Source: Candidatus Altiarchaeota archaeon (GTDB taxonomy: Archaea; Altiarchaeota; Altiarchaeia; IMC4; SCGC-AAA252-I15). Taken from it: DNA of 58,988 nt. The translations under genes were made by a program, and so were the position numbers. This document shows, piece by piece, positions 8,896-18,513 of the stretch. The notes beneath the pieces are model-generated. The model saw nothing but the letters and a program-made list of their open reading frames with translations, was not told where the DNA came from and made no database searches. The stretch's first letter is position 1. Every line of letters starts with the position of its first letter. The stretch covers positions 1-58,988 of the forward strand of contig JAZDIN010000011.1 in assembly GCA_043804895.1 (NCBI GenBank), in the 5' to 3' direction.

Positions 8896-10590
8896 ATGAA
8901 ATTTTACGGCAAATACAATCCGCGGGATAGGAAGGTCGCATACTTCTCATTTGAGGTGGGGCTGTCAGCTGAGATGCCAATGTACGCCGGCGGCCTTGGA
9001 ATTCTCGCAGGAGACACGATAAAGTCGTTCGCAGACCTTAAAGTCCCTGCTGTCGCGCTCTCGCTCCTAAACGAGAAAGGTTACTTCTACCAGGAGATTG
9101 ACGAGGACGGCAACCAGAAGGAGGTGCCTGTCAACTGGGACTTCAGGAAATACATGCAGCTTCTGCCTGAGAAGGTGACTGTAAGGCTTGAGGGCCGCGA
9201 CATTCTGCTTCAGGGCTGGGTTTGCGAAGTCAAGGGAATAAGCGGAGGCCTCGTGCCAGTAATATTCCTTGATTCGAACGTCGAGGGAAACAACGAGGAA
9301 GACCAAAGGCTAACGAGCTTCCTGTACGGCGGGGACAGGAGATACCGTCTAAAACAGGGAGCGCTTCTTGGCATAGGCGGCGTTAGGATGCTCCAGGCTC
9401 TAGGCCACGAGAACCTGTCCGCCTACCACATGAACGAAGGGCATTCCGCATTACTCACCCTCGAGCTCATGGGCCGGCACAACGGCGACTTGGACAAGGT
9501 CAGGGACCTTTGCGTCTTCACCACCCACACTCCAGTGCCTGAAGGCCATGATTCGTTCGACTTTAGCTTAGCGAAGAGCGTCCTTGCCGACTTCTGCGAC
9601 ATTGACTCGCTGAAACACAGTAACATAATCGACAAGTGGAACAAGCTTAATATGACCTACCTGGCGCTCTATCATTCGCGCTACATAAACGGCGTCGCTA
9701 AAAAACACGGTGAGGTAACGCAGAAGATGTTCCCAGGTTACAGCGTGGATTCCATAACCAACGGGATACACACCGCGACATGGGTTTCGGATTCGATGGC
9801 GCATGTCTTCGATAAGCACATACCCTTCTGGAAGAGCGACCCATATACCCTCAGGAACGCGCTGAACATCCCAAGAGGCGACCTTTGGGACGCCCACATG
9901 GGAGCTAAGAAGAAGTTATTGGACTTCGTGAACGAACACTATCATAAAAGTATGGAATACGATACGCTCACCATCGGTTTCGGCAGGCGCGCCACAGCCT
10001 ACAAAAGGGCTCACCTTATCTTCTCAGACACTGAAAGGCTGAAGAGGATTGTCGAAAAGGTAGGCAAAATACAGCTGATATTCGCAGGCAAAGCGCATCC
10101 CAGGGACGATAACGGGAAGGAAGCCATCCGCAACATATTCAAACACATAAAAAACATTGAAGGCTCGATAAAGACCGTCTACATGAAGAACTACGAAATG
10201 TACACAGCAAAACTCCTCATATCAGGCTGCGATGTCTGGCTGAACACCCCCAAAAGGCCGCTTGAGGCTTCCGGCACTTCTGGGATGAAGGCCGCAGCCA
10301 ACGGAGTCATCAACTTCTCAGTCCTAGACGGCTGGTGGCTTGAAGGCCACATCGAAGGACACACCGGCTGGAGCATCGGCCCAAGGCCAGTGGATGTTGA
10401 GGTGGAGACCGACGATTCAGCTGACATAAAGGACCTTTACAACAAGCTAGAGAAGAAGATAATCCCACTGTACTACAAGGACCGGGACTGGTGGACCGAG
10501 ATGATGGCGCAGAACATCGCGTTAAACGGTTCATTCTTCAACACCCACCGTATGGTTTCCCAATATGTGATGCAGGCGTACTTCCACTGA
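8896..10590 (+). CDS. glgP: alpha-glucan (glycogen/maltodextrin) phosphorylase
   Basis: YAGGLGILAGD, HMNEGH, FTTHTP, EASGTSGMK PLP-lysine motif. Confidence 0.95.
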   Translation: MKFYGKYNPRDRKVAYFSFEVGLSAEMPMYAGGLGILAGDTIKSFADLKVPAVALSLLNEKGYFYQEIDEDGNQKEVPVNWDFRKYMQLLPEKVTVRLEGRDILLQGWVCEVKGISGGLVPVIFLDSNVEGNNEEDQRLTSFLYGGDRRYRLKQGALLGIGGVRMLQALGHENLSAYHMNEGHSALLTLELMGRHNGDLDKVRDLCVFTTHTPVPEGHDSFDFSLAKSVLADFCDIDSLKHSNIIDKWNKLNMTYLALYHSRYINGVAKKHGEVTQKMFPGYSVDSITNGIHTATWVSDSMAHVFDKHIPFWKSDPYTLRNALNIPRGDLWDAHMGAKKKLLDFVNEHYHKSMEYDTLTIGFGRRATAYKRAHLIFSDTERLKRIVEKVGKIQLIFAGKAHPRDDNGKEAIRNIFKHIKNIEGSIKTVYMKNYEMYTAKLLISGCDVWLNTPKRPLEASGTSGMKAAANGVINFSVLDGWWLEGHIEGHTGWSIGPRPVDVEVETDDSADIKDLYNKLEKKIIPLYYKDRDWWTEMMAQNIALNGSFFNTHRMVSQYVMQAYFH

Positions 10591-10679
10591 TATAGCGAAT
10601 AATCCTAAAAAGGATTATTCGATATATAGGATAGGGAATACCGAGTCTAATGTTCCAAAATATTCCCTATCCGCTATAT
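10590..10679. repeat. palindromic MITE/REP-like element (two hairpins inside terminal inverted repeats)
   Basis: CGAATAATCCT-AAAA-AGGATTATTCG; GGATAGGGAATA...TATTCCCTATCC; ends ATATAGCGAATA / TATCCGCTATAT. Confidence 0.55.
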
Positions 10680-10710
10680 ATATTTTCGAAATCTATTAGA
10701 ATCTTTCAAC

Positions 10711-13116
10711 ATGGCTTTGGACAAGGTCTACGACGCAGCTTCCTCTGAGCCGAGGTGGCAGAGGTTCTGGGAGGATGAGGGCGTCTACAGGTTCGACCCG
10801 GACAGCAAGTCTGAAATCTATTCGGTGGACACTCCCCCGCCGACGGTGTCTGGGAAGATGCACCTAGGCCACGCGTTCAGTTACAGCCACCAGGACTTCG
10901 TGATAAGGTACAAGAGGATGCGCGGATTCAGCGTATTCTACCCGTTCGGCACAGACGACAACGGCATACCGACGGAACGCCTAGTCGAGAAGGAAAAGAA
11001 GGTGAGGGCCCGTAACATGGACAGGCAGGAGTTCGTGAAACTCTGCCTGAAGACACTCGACGAGGAACTTCGGCCGAAGTACATCGTGGACTGGAAGAGA
11101 ATCGGGATGAGCTGCGACTGGAACGTATTCTACACGACCATAGACAAGAACTGTCAGCGAATCTCCCAGAGGTCCTTCATAGAACTCTACCGGATAGGAC
11201 GCGAGTACAGGAACGACGCCCCGACTATGTGGTGTCCAGAGTGTCAGACCGGGATATCCCAGGTCGAATGCCAGGACAAGGAGCTGGAGTCATCTTTCAA
11301 CGACATCGTGTTCAAGGTTGATGGGAAAGACCTCATAATAGCAACCACCCGGCCAGAGCTTCTACCAGCGTGCGTCGCCGTCTTCTACCACCCAAGCGAC
11401 GTAAGATACCAGGAATACACTGGAAAAAAGGCTAAGGTACCACTGTTCGGTTTCGAGGTTCCGATACTCCCTGATGAGCGCGCAGACCCGGCTAAAGGGA
11501 CTGGCGTAGCCATGTGTTGCACATTCGGAGACCAGACTGACATGGAATGGCAGAAGGCCCATAAGCTTCCGATAAAAATTGGGATATCCCCCGACGGGAG
11601 GCTCACGGAGATAGCCGGGGGGTACAAGGGCTTGAAGGTAACCGAAGCCAGGAAGAAGATAATAGAGGACCTGAAATCCGCAGGATTGCTCCTAGCCCAG
11701 AAGCCGATAAAGCACATGGTGAACGTGCATGAGAGATGCGGCACCGAGGTTGAGTTCCTCAAATCTAAACAGTGGTTCATAAGATACCTAGACCTAAAGG
11801 ACGAGATGCTAGAATGGGGCAGGCAGATGAACTGGTACCCGGAGTACATGAGACACCGTTTCGAGCACTGGGTCAACGGCCTACAATGGGACTGGCTCAT
11901 CTCAAGGCAGAGGTACTTCGGCGTCCCATTCCCAGTGTGGTACTGCGGCAAATGCGACGAAGTAATACTCGCGAAAGAGGATGACCTGCCAGTTGACCCA
12001 CTAATCGACAAGCCTCCTATAAAAAAATGCACTAACTGCGGCCACGACAAGTTCACACCTGAAAAGGACATACTCGACACCTGGGCTACCTCTTCGCTCA
12101 CACCAAGGTTGTGCACCGAACTTTACAAAGACCACCCGGTATTCAAGAGACTATTCCCGATGACTCTTCGGCCGCAGGCCCATGACATCATAACATTCTG
12201 GTTGTTCAACACCGTCGTAAAGTCACGGATGCATTACGGGGTGAATCCGTTCCGTGACGTCGTAATATCAGGCCACGCGCAGGACCCGCATGGCAGGAAG
12301 ATGAGCAAGAGCAAGGGGAACGTCATTGAGCCGCAGGTGATGATAGAAAAATACTCTGCAGACTGTCTCCGCTTCTGGGCTGCAGGGTGCAAATTGGGCG
12401 AGGACCTACCGTTCAGCGAGAAAGACCTTCTCACAGGACAGAAGTTCACAACAAAACTGTGGAACGCCTCCCGCTTTGTGTTCATGCACCTTGAAGACTA
12501 CGACGGCAGTGAGCCGGAGCTTGAGGATGTTGACAAATGGCTTCTAACGAAACTCTCAGGTATAATCAAGTCATCCACCGAGGCATTCAACCAATACGAG
12601 TACTCTAAGACTAAAGCCGATGTCGAGAAGTTCTTCTGGCTCACATTCTGCGACTACTACCTTGAGATAGTGAAGGAACGACTGTACAGGCCTGACGTGA
12701 GGGGTGCGGAATCACGGAAGGCAGCCCAGTACACCCTCTACCACAGCCTACTTGCGATAGTCAAGATGATGGCACCTATCATGCCTCACATCACAGAGGA
12801 GATATACCAGACGCACTACAGGGGCAAAGAGAAGATAAAGTCAGTCCACAACACCCTCTGGCCGCAGGAGTTCAAGGAACACGCAGACGCCGAACGCAAA
12901 GGCGACCTACTAGTTGAAGTCCTCGGCAGAATCAGGAAGCTAAAGTCTGACATGAAAATCTCCCTCGCAAAGGAAGTCGAGAAGGCAGTAATAAAAGGCA
13001 AACAAGAGGACCTAGCTGCCTTAAAGACCCTGGAAAATGACCTGAAAGGCACAGGGAAAGTCAAGAACATAGAGTATTCCAAAGCCGGCGAACTATCAGT
13101 TGAATTATCAGCCTAA
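10711..13116 (+). CDS. valS: valine--tRNA ligase (archaeal type)
   Basis: DTPPPTVSG, HLGH, DWLISRQR, KMSKS. Confidence 0.97.
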   Translation: MALDKVYDAASSEPRWQRFWEDEGVYRFDPDSKSEIYSVDTPPPTVSGKMHLGHAFSYSHQDFVIRYKRMRGFSVFYPFGTDDNGIPTERLVEKEKKVRARNMDRQEFVKLCLKTLDEELRPKYIVDWKRIGMSCDWNVFYTTIDKNCQRISQRSFIELYRIGREYRNDAPTMWCPECQTGISQVECQDKELESSFNDIVFKVDGKDLIIATTRPELLPACVAVFYHPSDVRYQEYTGKKAKVPLFGFEVPILPDERADPAKGTGVAMCCTFGDQTDMEWQKAHKLPIKIGISPDGRLTEIAGGYKGLKVTEARKKIIEDLKSAGLLLAQKPIKHMVNVHERCGTEVEFLKSKQWFIRYLDLKDEMLEWGRQMNWYPEYMRHRFEHWVNGLQWDWLISRQRYFGVPFPVWYCGKCDEVILAKEDDLPVDPLIDKPPIKKCTNCGHDKFTPEKDILDTWATSSLTPRLCTELYKDHPVFKRLFPMTLRPQAHDIITFWLFNTVVKSRMHYGVNPFRDVVISGHAQDPHGRKMSKSKGNVIEPQVMIEKYSADCLRFWAAGCKLGEDLPFSEKDLLTGQKFTTKLWNASRFVFMHLEDYDGSEPELEDVDKWLLTKLSGIIKSSTEAFNQYEYSKTKADVEKFFWLTFCDYYLEIVKERLYRPDVRGAESRKAAQYTLYHSLLAIVKMMAPIMPHITEEIYQTHYRGKEKIKSVHNTLWPQEFKEHADAERKGDLLVEVLGRIRKLKSDMKISLAKEVEKAVIKGKQEDLAALKTLENDLKGTGKVKNIEYSKAGELSVELSA

Positions 13117-13144
13117 TTTATTGAATAGTTTCCCTTATACTACT

Positions 13145-13996
13145 ATGGAGAAGCATTCCCAAGATTCCGCTAGTAGGGTCAATCCTCTACTTGTGACAGA
13201 AATTGACGGGCGCATCAGGATGGGATGGCTTTATGATGACCTTGTTAAATCAGACTTGGATGTCAAGGCATTGGCAGAAAAGTTCGGCGTCAAACTCAAA
13301 GGCGATGTCCCGGATAAGGTCACTTTAGTGCAACTTTACCCTTCGCTAAAGGATTATCGTAATTTTAACGGAGACCAAACATACGGTTTTTGTGTTGGCA
13401 TTAAGCGGTCTGACGGCGACCCTAAGAGCGGCCGTGTAACAAAATTCTGGGGGTATGCTGACGGTCCGGAGAAACTAGAGCCTTATGCTATGTCAGATGC
13501 AATACCTGGGTTAGATATGACCCCCGCAATTGTCCAAACAGACGATGTGACTGTATATGCTAAATACCATCTAATGTTCCCAAGTAACTCCAAAAAGCCG
13601 ATATTGTGTGTGAGCCCCATACAGTTCACGCAGACAGGAGGGATAGACGCCGGAGAAGTCGTGGAGGAGTTACAACAGATGCAGGGTAATGCGGGAAGCT
13701 CAGATGAACGACACAGGGTAACTGGTCAGATTAACACCCTCAAATCAGGATATGGCTCACCGTTCAGATACAACGACCGCAATCTAGTTTTGGCACTTCT
13801 TGCATTGGAGATAGCTGACAGGCTTGGTATTGACACGATAACGCTACCCTTCGCGGAAGTGGAGAAAAATCCAAGTCTAAAGGGCACGAAGGTGATGGAA
13901 CGTTACCGCCAGGTTGAGGAGATGATGAAATCCCAAACCAGGATAAAAGGCCTTGTACTAGCTGACTGGAGCGATTACGTGGAGGGGAAAGTCTAG
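13145..13996 (+). CDS. hypothetical protein
   Basis: Long ORF; start reassigned to ATG 13145 (MEKHSQ) to avoid overlap with valS; no family recognised. Confidence 0.7.
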   Translation: MEKHSQDSASRVNPLLVTEIDGRIRMGWLYDDLVKSDLDVKALAEKFGVKLKGDVPDKVTLVQLYPSLKDYRNFNGDQTYGFCVGIKRSDGDPKSGRVTKFWGYADGPEKLEPYAMSDAIPGLDMTPAIVQTDDVTVYAKYHLMFPSNSKKPILCVSPIQFTQTGGIDAGEVVEELQQMQGNAGSSDERHRVTGQINTLKSGYGSPFRYNDRNLVLALLALEIADRLGIDTITLPFAEVEKNPSLKGTKVMERYRQVEEMMKSQTRIKGLVLADWSDYVEGKV

Positions 13997-14026
13997 TTTT
14001 ATTACCTCTCTCTCTTATCTTATACT

Positions 14027-15250
14027 ATGGATGCTGTTGTGTTGGCTGCTGGTGAGGGCGTGCGGTTGAGGCCGCTCACGTCGACTAGGCCTAAGCCGAT
14101 GCTGCCTGTGGCAGGGAAGCCTATACTGGAGTGGGATTTGGAGGCCTTAGACTGCGTTGGGGTAAAGAACGTCTTCCTAGTCGTCGGCTACAAGGCCGAC
14201 ATAATAAAATCATACTTCGGCGACAGGTTCAGGGAAATGAGGCTCCACTACCTACACCAAAAGGAACAGCTCGGGACAGGGGACGCGCTCGCAACAGCTA
14301 AGGGGAAGGTGAAGGGAGAGTTCATTGTAATGAACGGCGACGTCTTTTTGACCCGATCGTTCCTCTCAACCCTTGTTAAGGAGCACAAGAAAGCGAAGAG
14401 GCCGGCTTCGATGTCGCTTGTCAAGGTCAATGACCCGCACTCGTACGGAATCGTCGAGGTGAAGGGCACAAAAGTCGTCTCTCTCGAGGAGAAGCCGGAC
14501 AGGCCGAAGAGTCACCTCGCCAATGCAGGCGTATACATATTCGACACTGGGATATTCGACATACTCGAAGGCATCGGCAAATCCTCGCGGATGGAGTACG
14601 AGTTGACGGATGCGATAAAGAAGATGATAGGCAAAGGTGAAGTAAGCGGGTTCGAATGCGCCAAGGGTCAGTGGATTGATATCGGCCTCCCATGGAATCT
14701 CCTGGACGCAAACGAGATAGTCATAAAGTCCATCCCGCTGAAGCGGAGCAAGAAAGCTAAAATCGAAAAATACGCAGTCCTGAAGGGAGCCGTACACGTC
14801 GGAGATGGGACGCTCATAAAATCCGGAGCCTACATCGAAGGCCCGGTGTACATAGGCAAAGACTGCGTCATCGGCCCCAACTGCTTCATACGACCTCACA
14901 CCGCAGTCATGGACAAGTGTAAGGTCGGAAACGGGGTCGAAGTCAAAAACAGCATACTAATGTCAGGCACCTGCATCGGCCACCTAAGCTACGTAGGTGA
15001 CAGCATAATCGGAGAGAAGTGCAACTTCGGGGCCGGCACTAAAGTGGCGAACCTCAGATTCGACGACGGCGAAGTCTCCATAGAAGTCAAGAACAAGATG
15101 GTCAAATCAGGCCGCAGAAAATTCGGCTGCCTAATGGGCGACAACGTCAAAACCGGCATCAACGTCTCAATAATGCCAGGCCGCTCAATATACCCGAACG
15201 CATACGTCGACGCAGCCTCAACAGTCAGAAACACGATATACTCGGAATAA
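14027..15250 (+). CDS. glmU: bifunctional sugar-1-phosphate nucleotidylyltransferase/acetyltransferase (archaeal GlmU)
   Basis: LAAGEGVRLRPLT...PKPM, hexapeptide repeats, HLSYVGDS, NLRFD, GRRKFG. Confidence 0.92.
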   Translation: MDAVVLAAGEGVRLRPLTSTRPKPMLPVAGKPILEWDLEALDCVGVKNVFLVVGYKADIIKSYFGDRFREMRLHYLHQKEQLGTGDALATAKGKVKGEFIVMNGDVFLTRSFLSTLVKEHKKAKRPASMSLVKVNDPHSYGIVEVKGTKVVSLEEKPDRPKSHLANAGVYIFDTGIFDILEGIGKSSRMEYELTDAIKKMIGKGEVSGFECAKGQWIDIGLPWNLLDANEIVIKSIPLKRSKKAKIEKYAVLKGAVHVGDGTLIKSGAYIEGPVYIGKDCVIGPNCFIRPHTAVMDKCKVGNGVEVKNSILMSGTCIGHLSYVGDSIIGEKCNFGAGTKVANLRFDDGEVSIEVKNKMVKSGRRKFGCLMGDNVKTGINVSIMPGRSIYPNAYVDAASTVRNTIYSE

Positions 15251-15321
15251 CAAAATACTCCCAATTCTGGTCGTGGCGGTTTTTATTAAACAGTGTTCCT
15301 CAATATACTATCTGAGCTGAT

Positions 15322-15732
15322 ATGGAACTTGTTGTGAAGCTTAGGGGGTACTTTAAGGACAGAAGCGACGTTGAGGTTGCGTACCTCTTCGGTTCGCATG
15401 CTTCAGGCAGCCAAGGCCCTTTAAGCGACGTGGATGTTGCGGTGGTCTTCAAAAAGTCCATGACCGGGAAGCGGCGTTTCAAGGCCGTGCTTGAGTTGAC
15501 AGGTGATATGTTAGAACTCCTCAACTCAGAACACGTTGACGTCGTGGACTTGGATGGCGCTAACCTGCTTTTCAAAAGCAATGTCATAAAAAACGGGTTG
15601 GTGGTGAAGGACAACCCAGTGAGGCCTTACATGGAGTATCTGATAATCGACGATTACCTTGACAGAAGACACTACGACCTCCTCCATGCGGAGAAGTTCC
15701 TAGGAAAGGTGACCTCCGGAGGCCTGACATGA
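15322..15732 (+). CDS. mntA: MNT nucleotidyltransferase antitoxin (type VII TA)
   Basis: GSx10DxD motif (FGSHASGSQGPLSDVD), VDVVDL; ATGA overlap with HEPN gene. Confidence 0.9.
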   Translation: MELVVKLRGYFKDRSDVEVAYLFGSHASGSQGPLSDVDVAVVFKKSMTGKRRFKAVLELTGDMLELLNSEHVDVVDLDGANLLFKSNVIKNGLVVKDNPVRPYMEYLIIDDYLDRRHYDLLHAEKFLGKVTSGGLT

Positions 15733-16151
15733 AGGAGGAGATTTCTGCGAAGCTTGAAATGCTGAGGAAGTACGTCACCTTCCTGAAGTCGAAAAGGGGT
15801 GTTACCCTCGCCGAACTTAAGCGCGACGATGTCCTTTTAGCGGCTTTGGAGCGGAACCTCCAGGTTGCGCTGGAATGCTGCCTTGAGATGGGGGAGATGG
15901 TCATCTCAAACGAGGGTCTCAGGAAGCCGGACTCGTACAGGGACGTCATCAAGATACTCGGCGAGGCCGGCGTGCTTGAAAAGGATTTCTCAAAGAGGTT
16001 CGAGCCCGCAGCCGGGTTGCGCAACCTCCTAGTCCACAACTACTCGGAGATAGACGCCTCAAAGATACACAGCTTCGTCAGAAACAGAGTAGGCGACTTC
16101 GACGAATACGCCAGACAAATCGCACAACACGTACGGGGTCATAAGAAATAG
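15729..16151 (+). CDS. hepT: HEPN RNase toxin (DUF86, type VII TA)
   Basis: Rx4HxY motif RNLLVHNY; ALERNLQVALE. Confidence 0.9.
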   Translation: MKEEISAKLEMLRKYVTFLKSKRGVTLAELKRDDVLLAALERNLQVALECCLEMGEMVISNEGLRKPDSYRDVIKILGEAGVLEKDFSKRFEPAAGLRNLLVHNYSEIDASKIHSFVRNRVGDFDEYARQIAQHVRGHKK

Positions 16152-16270
16152 CGGGGAGGTACGGGCCTCAACAGCAAGGAACACGATATACTCTGAGTAG
16201 CTTTTTATCCTTGTTTTTCCCGGTTGTTACTGATAAACGTTTCGAATGAAATGATTATCAGTTGATTGCC

Positions 16271-17194
16271 ATGTCAAGGTCTCCACTCCGTACTAAACCT
16301 GATGATGTTAACAAGGGGGATCAAGAGTATATGGGGTCTATTCCTATACCCCCTCCTCATGGCAAGTTCGAAGGAAGACACATGCCGTCGGTTATCGAGG
16401 GGATATATCGGCGGGTATCTGATATTTGGAGCATACCTTTTGAGGAGATAACCCCCACTAGAGGAGAGTGGACCTCCCTCCTGAAATACTTTGGTGCTGT
16501 AGCTGGGTACTCCCCAATCGATCATAAGGTTGATATTACTAGTACGCCTAATCCTATCCTTAAAATAATCACTCCCAGTATAGCGAAGGAGAATATCCTG
16601 AGCCATGAACTGGGTCACTCAGCATATCAACTCATAAACCCTGATGTTTGGATTCTTGAACGTCAAGATTGGAATTTTTCGAGTCCTAGCTCATACCGTT
16701 CATTGCTGCTTAATTACGCTAAAAATGCTGGTAAGGATACATTCGATGAATCACTTGCAAATGTTGGATTGTCCCTAAAGCAGACGCTTCTTCACTTTCA
16801 GGGATTGGAGCCAAGCAAGCTGGGATTGATTCTGCTTGCCACACACAATATCGGGCAATCGCTTTTTTATCCGCTTGGCTTAGCCTCATACATCAGCGGT
16901 AAAGTGAGAGACAATCTTGTGAGGAGCTTCTACAAGAGTTACGGACCTGATGGGTTCATCCTACTATCGGTCGACAACCCCCATCGCATGTTTCAATACT
17001 CCCTGAGGTCAGAGGAGAACAGGTATCTAACGGGGGGTATCCTATACCCGTCAGAAGACTCTGAGCACAAAGGTCTGACACCAAAAGGCGAAGAATACGT
17101 CCTCTCTAAGATGAGTAGGGAAAGATTGCTTATGAGACTACAAAAAATTAAGGAGATTAATTCCTTACTTAACAAATCTACTGGCGAAGATTGA
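16271..17194 (+). CDS. hypothetical protein with HExxH (possible zincin)
   Basis: LSHELGHS with downstream DESLA; ATG 16271 preferred. Confidence 0.65.
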   Translation: MSRSPLRTKPDDVNKGDQEYMGSIPIPPPHGKFEGRHMPSVIEGIYRRVSDIWSIPFEEITPTRGEWTSLLKYFGAVAGYSPIDHKVDITSTPNPILKIITPSIAKENILSHELGHSAYQLINPDVWILERQDWNFSSPSSYRSLLLNYAKNAGKDTFDESLANVGLSLKQTLLHFQGLEPSKLGLILLATHNIGQSLFYPLGLASYISGKVRDNLVRSFYKSYGPDGFILLSVDNPHRMFQYSLRSEENRYLTGGILYPSEDSEHKGLTPKGEEYVLSKMSRERLLMRLQKIKEINSLLNKSTGED

Positions 17195-17213
17195 ACAGCT
17201 TTCAGGCGCGATT

Positions 17214-17411
17214 TTACTTTGCGAGCCTTATGTCCTCAGCCTTGACTGTGACTCTCCCCGCGTGTTTGGCGAGTTTCGCGGCCCGCTCGGCCACTGTCAT
17301 CGCGTACTCCTCCAGGACGTCTCTGAGGGCTTCGGCGGCGTCGTCGCTGACCCGGTCTATGTTGGCTTTTTTCAGTATCCTCACGAGGGGCGCGACTGGT
17401 AGCTCTGCCAT
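17214..17411 (-). CDS. archaeal histone (HMfA/HMfB family)
   Basis: ELPVAPLVRILK, RVSDDA, HAGRVTVKAEDI. Confidence 0.95.
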   Translation of the reverse strand: MAELPVAPLVRILKKANIDRVSDDAAEALRDVLEEYAMTVAERAAKLAKHAGRVTVKAEDIRLAK

Positions 17412-17448
17412 CGAGTATATATTAGCTTTTAATTAATTAACTTCCAGG

Positions 17449-18270
17449 ATGATTCGGAGGCCGGCGGTTGCGGGGCAGTTCTACAGCGGCAGCACGAGGG
17501 GGCTGATGGGAGAGGTTGGTTCCTGCATTGAATCTGGCGTACAAAAGGTTGACGCACTCGGAATAGTGTCTCCCCATGCTGGTCTCATGTACTCTGGGAA
17601 GGTCGCAGGCGCAGTCTATTCCCGCATTAACATGCCAGGCACGTTCATAATCATCGGCCCAGACCACCACGGCCTCGGGGCTGAGTTCAGCATAGCGACT
17701 GAAGGCGTGTGGAGGACTCCGCTCGGGGACGTCCAGGTGGACTCCCTACTGGCTAAGGAGGTTTACAAGCATTCCAAACATCTGAAGGTGGACCCGTTCG
17801 CGCAGGAGAGGGAGCACAGCCTCGAAGTGCAGGTACCGTTCATGCAGTACTTCTCCAAGGACTTCCAGATTGTGCCTATTAATCTGCGGCACTACGCCCC
17901 AGACGATAGTTTCCTTAGGATATGCGAGGATATCGGAAACTCCATAGCGGACGTCGTCTCAAAAGTAAACATGCGGGTCACCATAGTCGCTAGCACGGAC
18001 TTGACGCACTACGAATCTCAGGACGCTGCCAAGAAAAACGACAAAGCTGCATTAGACGCCATACTGGCGTTAGATGCGAAACGACTCTTCAAGGAAGTTG
18101 GTGACCGAGACATCAGCATGTGCGGCTACGCCCCAGTCGCGGCGATGTTAACCGCGTGCAAGAGACTCGGCGCGACGAAGGCTGAACTGGTGAAATACAT
18201 GACGTCCGGGGACACCACCGGCGACTACTCAGCTGTCGTCGGCTATGGCGGGGTAATCGTTAGAAAGTAA
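17449..18270 (+). CDS. amrB: MEMO1 family protein (AmmeMemoRadiSam protein B)
   Basis: RRPAVAGQFY, PHAG, EHSLEVQ, STDLTHY, SMCG, VVGY. Confidence 0.93.
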   Translation: MIRRPAVAGQFYSGSTRGLMGEVGSCIESGVQKVDALGIVSPHAGLMYSGKVAGAVYSRINMPGTFIIIGPDHHGLGAEFSIATEGVWRTPLGDVQVDSLLAKEVYKHSKHLKVDPFAQEREHSLEVQVPFMQYFSKDFQIVPINLRHYAPDDSFLRICEDIGNSIADVVSKVNMRVTIVASTDLTHYESQDAAKKNDKAALDAILALDAKRLFKEVGDRDISMCGYAPVAAMLTACKRLGATKAELVKYMTSGDTTGDYSAVVGYGGVIVRK

Positions 18271-18271
18271 C

Positions 18272-18490
18272 CTACTGTGTAGTCCCTCCAATCTGGTTGA
18301 CTCCTTCCACGGTGCTGTTAACGTAGTCGGCTCCGCGGCCGAGGTACCCGCCTAACGTGTTCATCGTGTTGCTCAGGTTAATGAATAGAACTACAAGCAA
18401 TATGACTCCTACGACTGCTATCCAGAAGTTCTTCCTGTCAATCTCATCCATCTCAGCCCACTTCTGCACAAGGCCATCAATGATGCTCAT
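18272..18490 (-). CDS. small single-TM membrane protein
   Basis: 72 aa with one hydrophobic helix; fills the gap between neighbours. Confidence 0.65.
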   Translation of the reverse strand: MSIIDGLVQKWAEMDEIDRKNFWIAVVGVILLVVLFINLSNTMNTLGGYLGRGADYVNSTVEGVNQIGGTTQ

Positions 18491-18513
18491 ATTAACTAAA
18501 TCAGAGGCGTACC

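Larger units (their letters stand above)
15215..16200 (+). repeat. 36-bp imperfect direct repeat of the glmU 3' end (15215-15250 and 16165-16200) bracketing the TA pair
   Basis: 30/36 identical; ASTVRNTIYSE* versus ASTARNTIYSE*. Confidence 0.85.
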
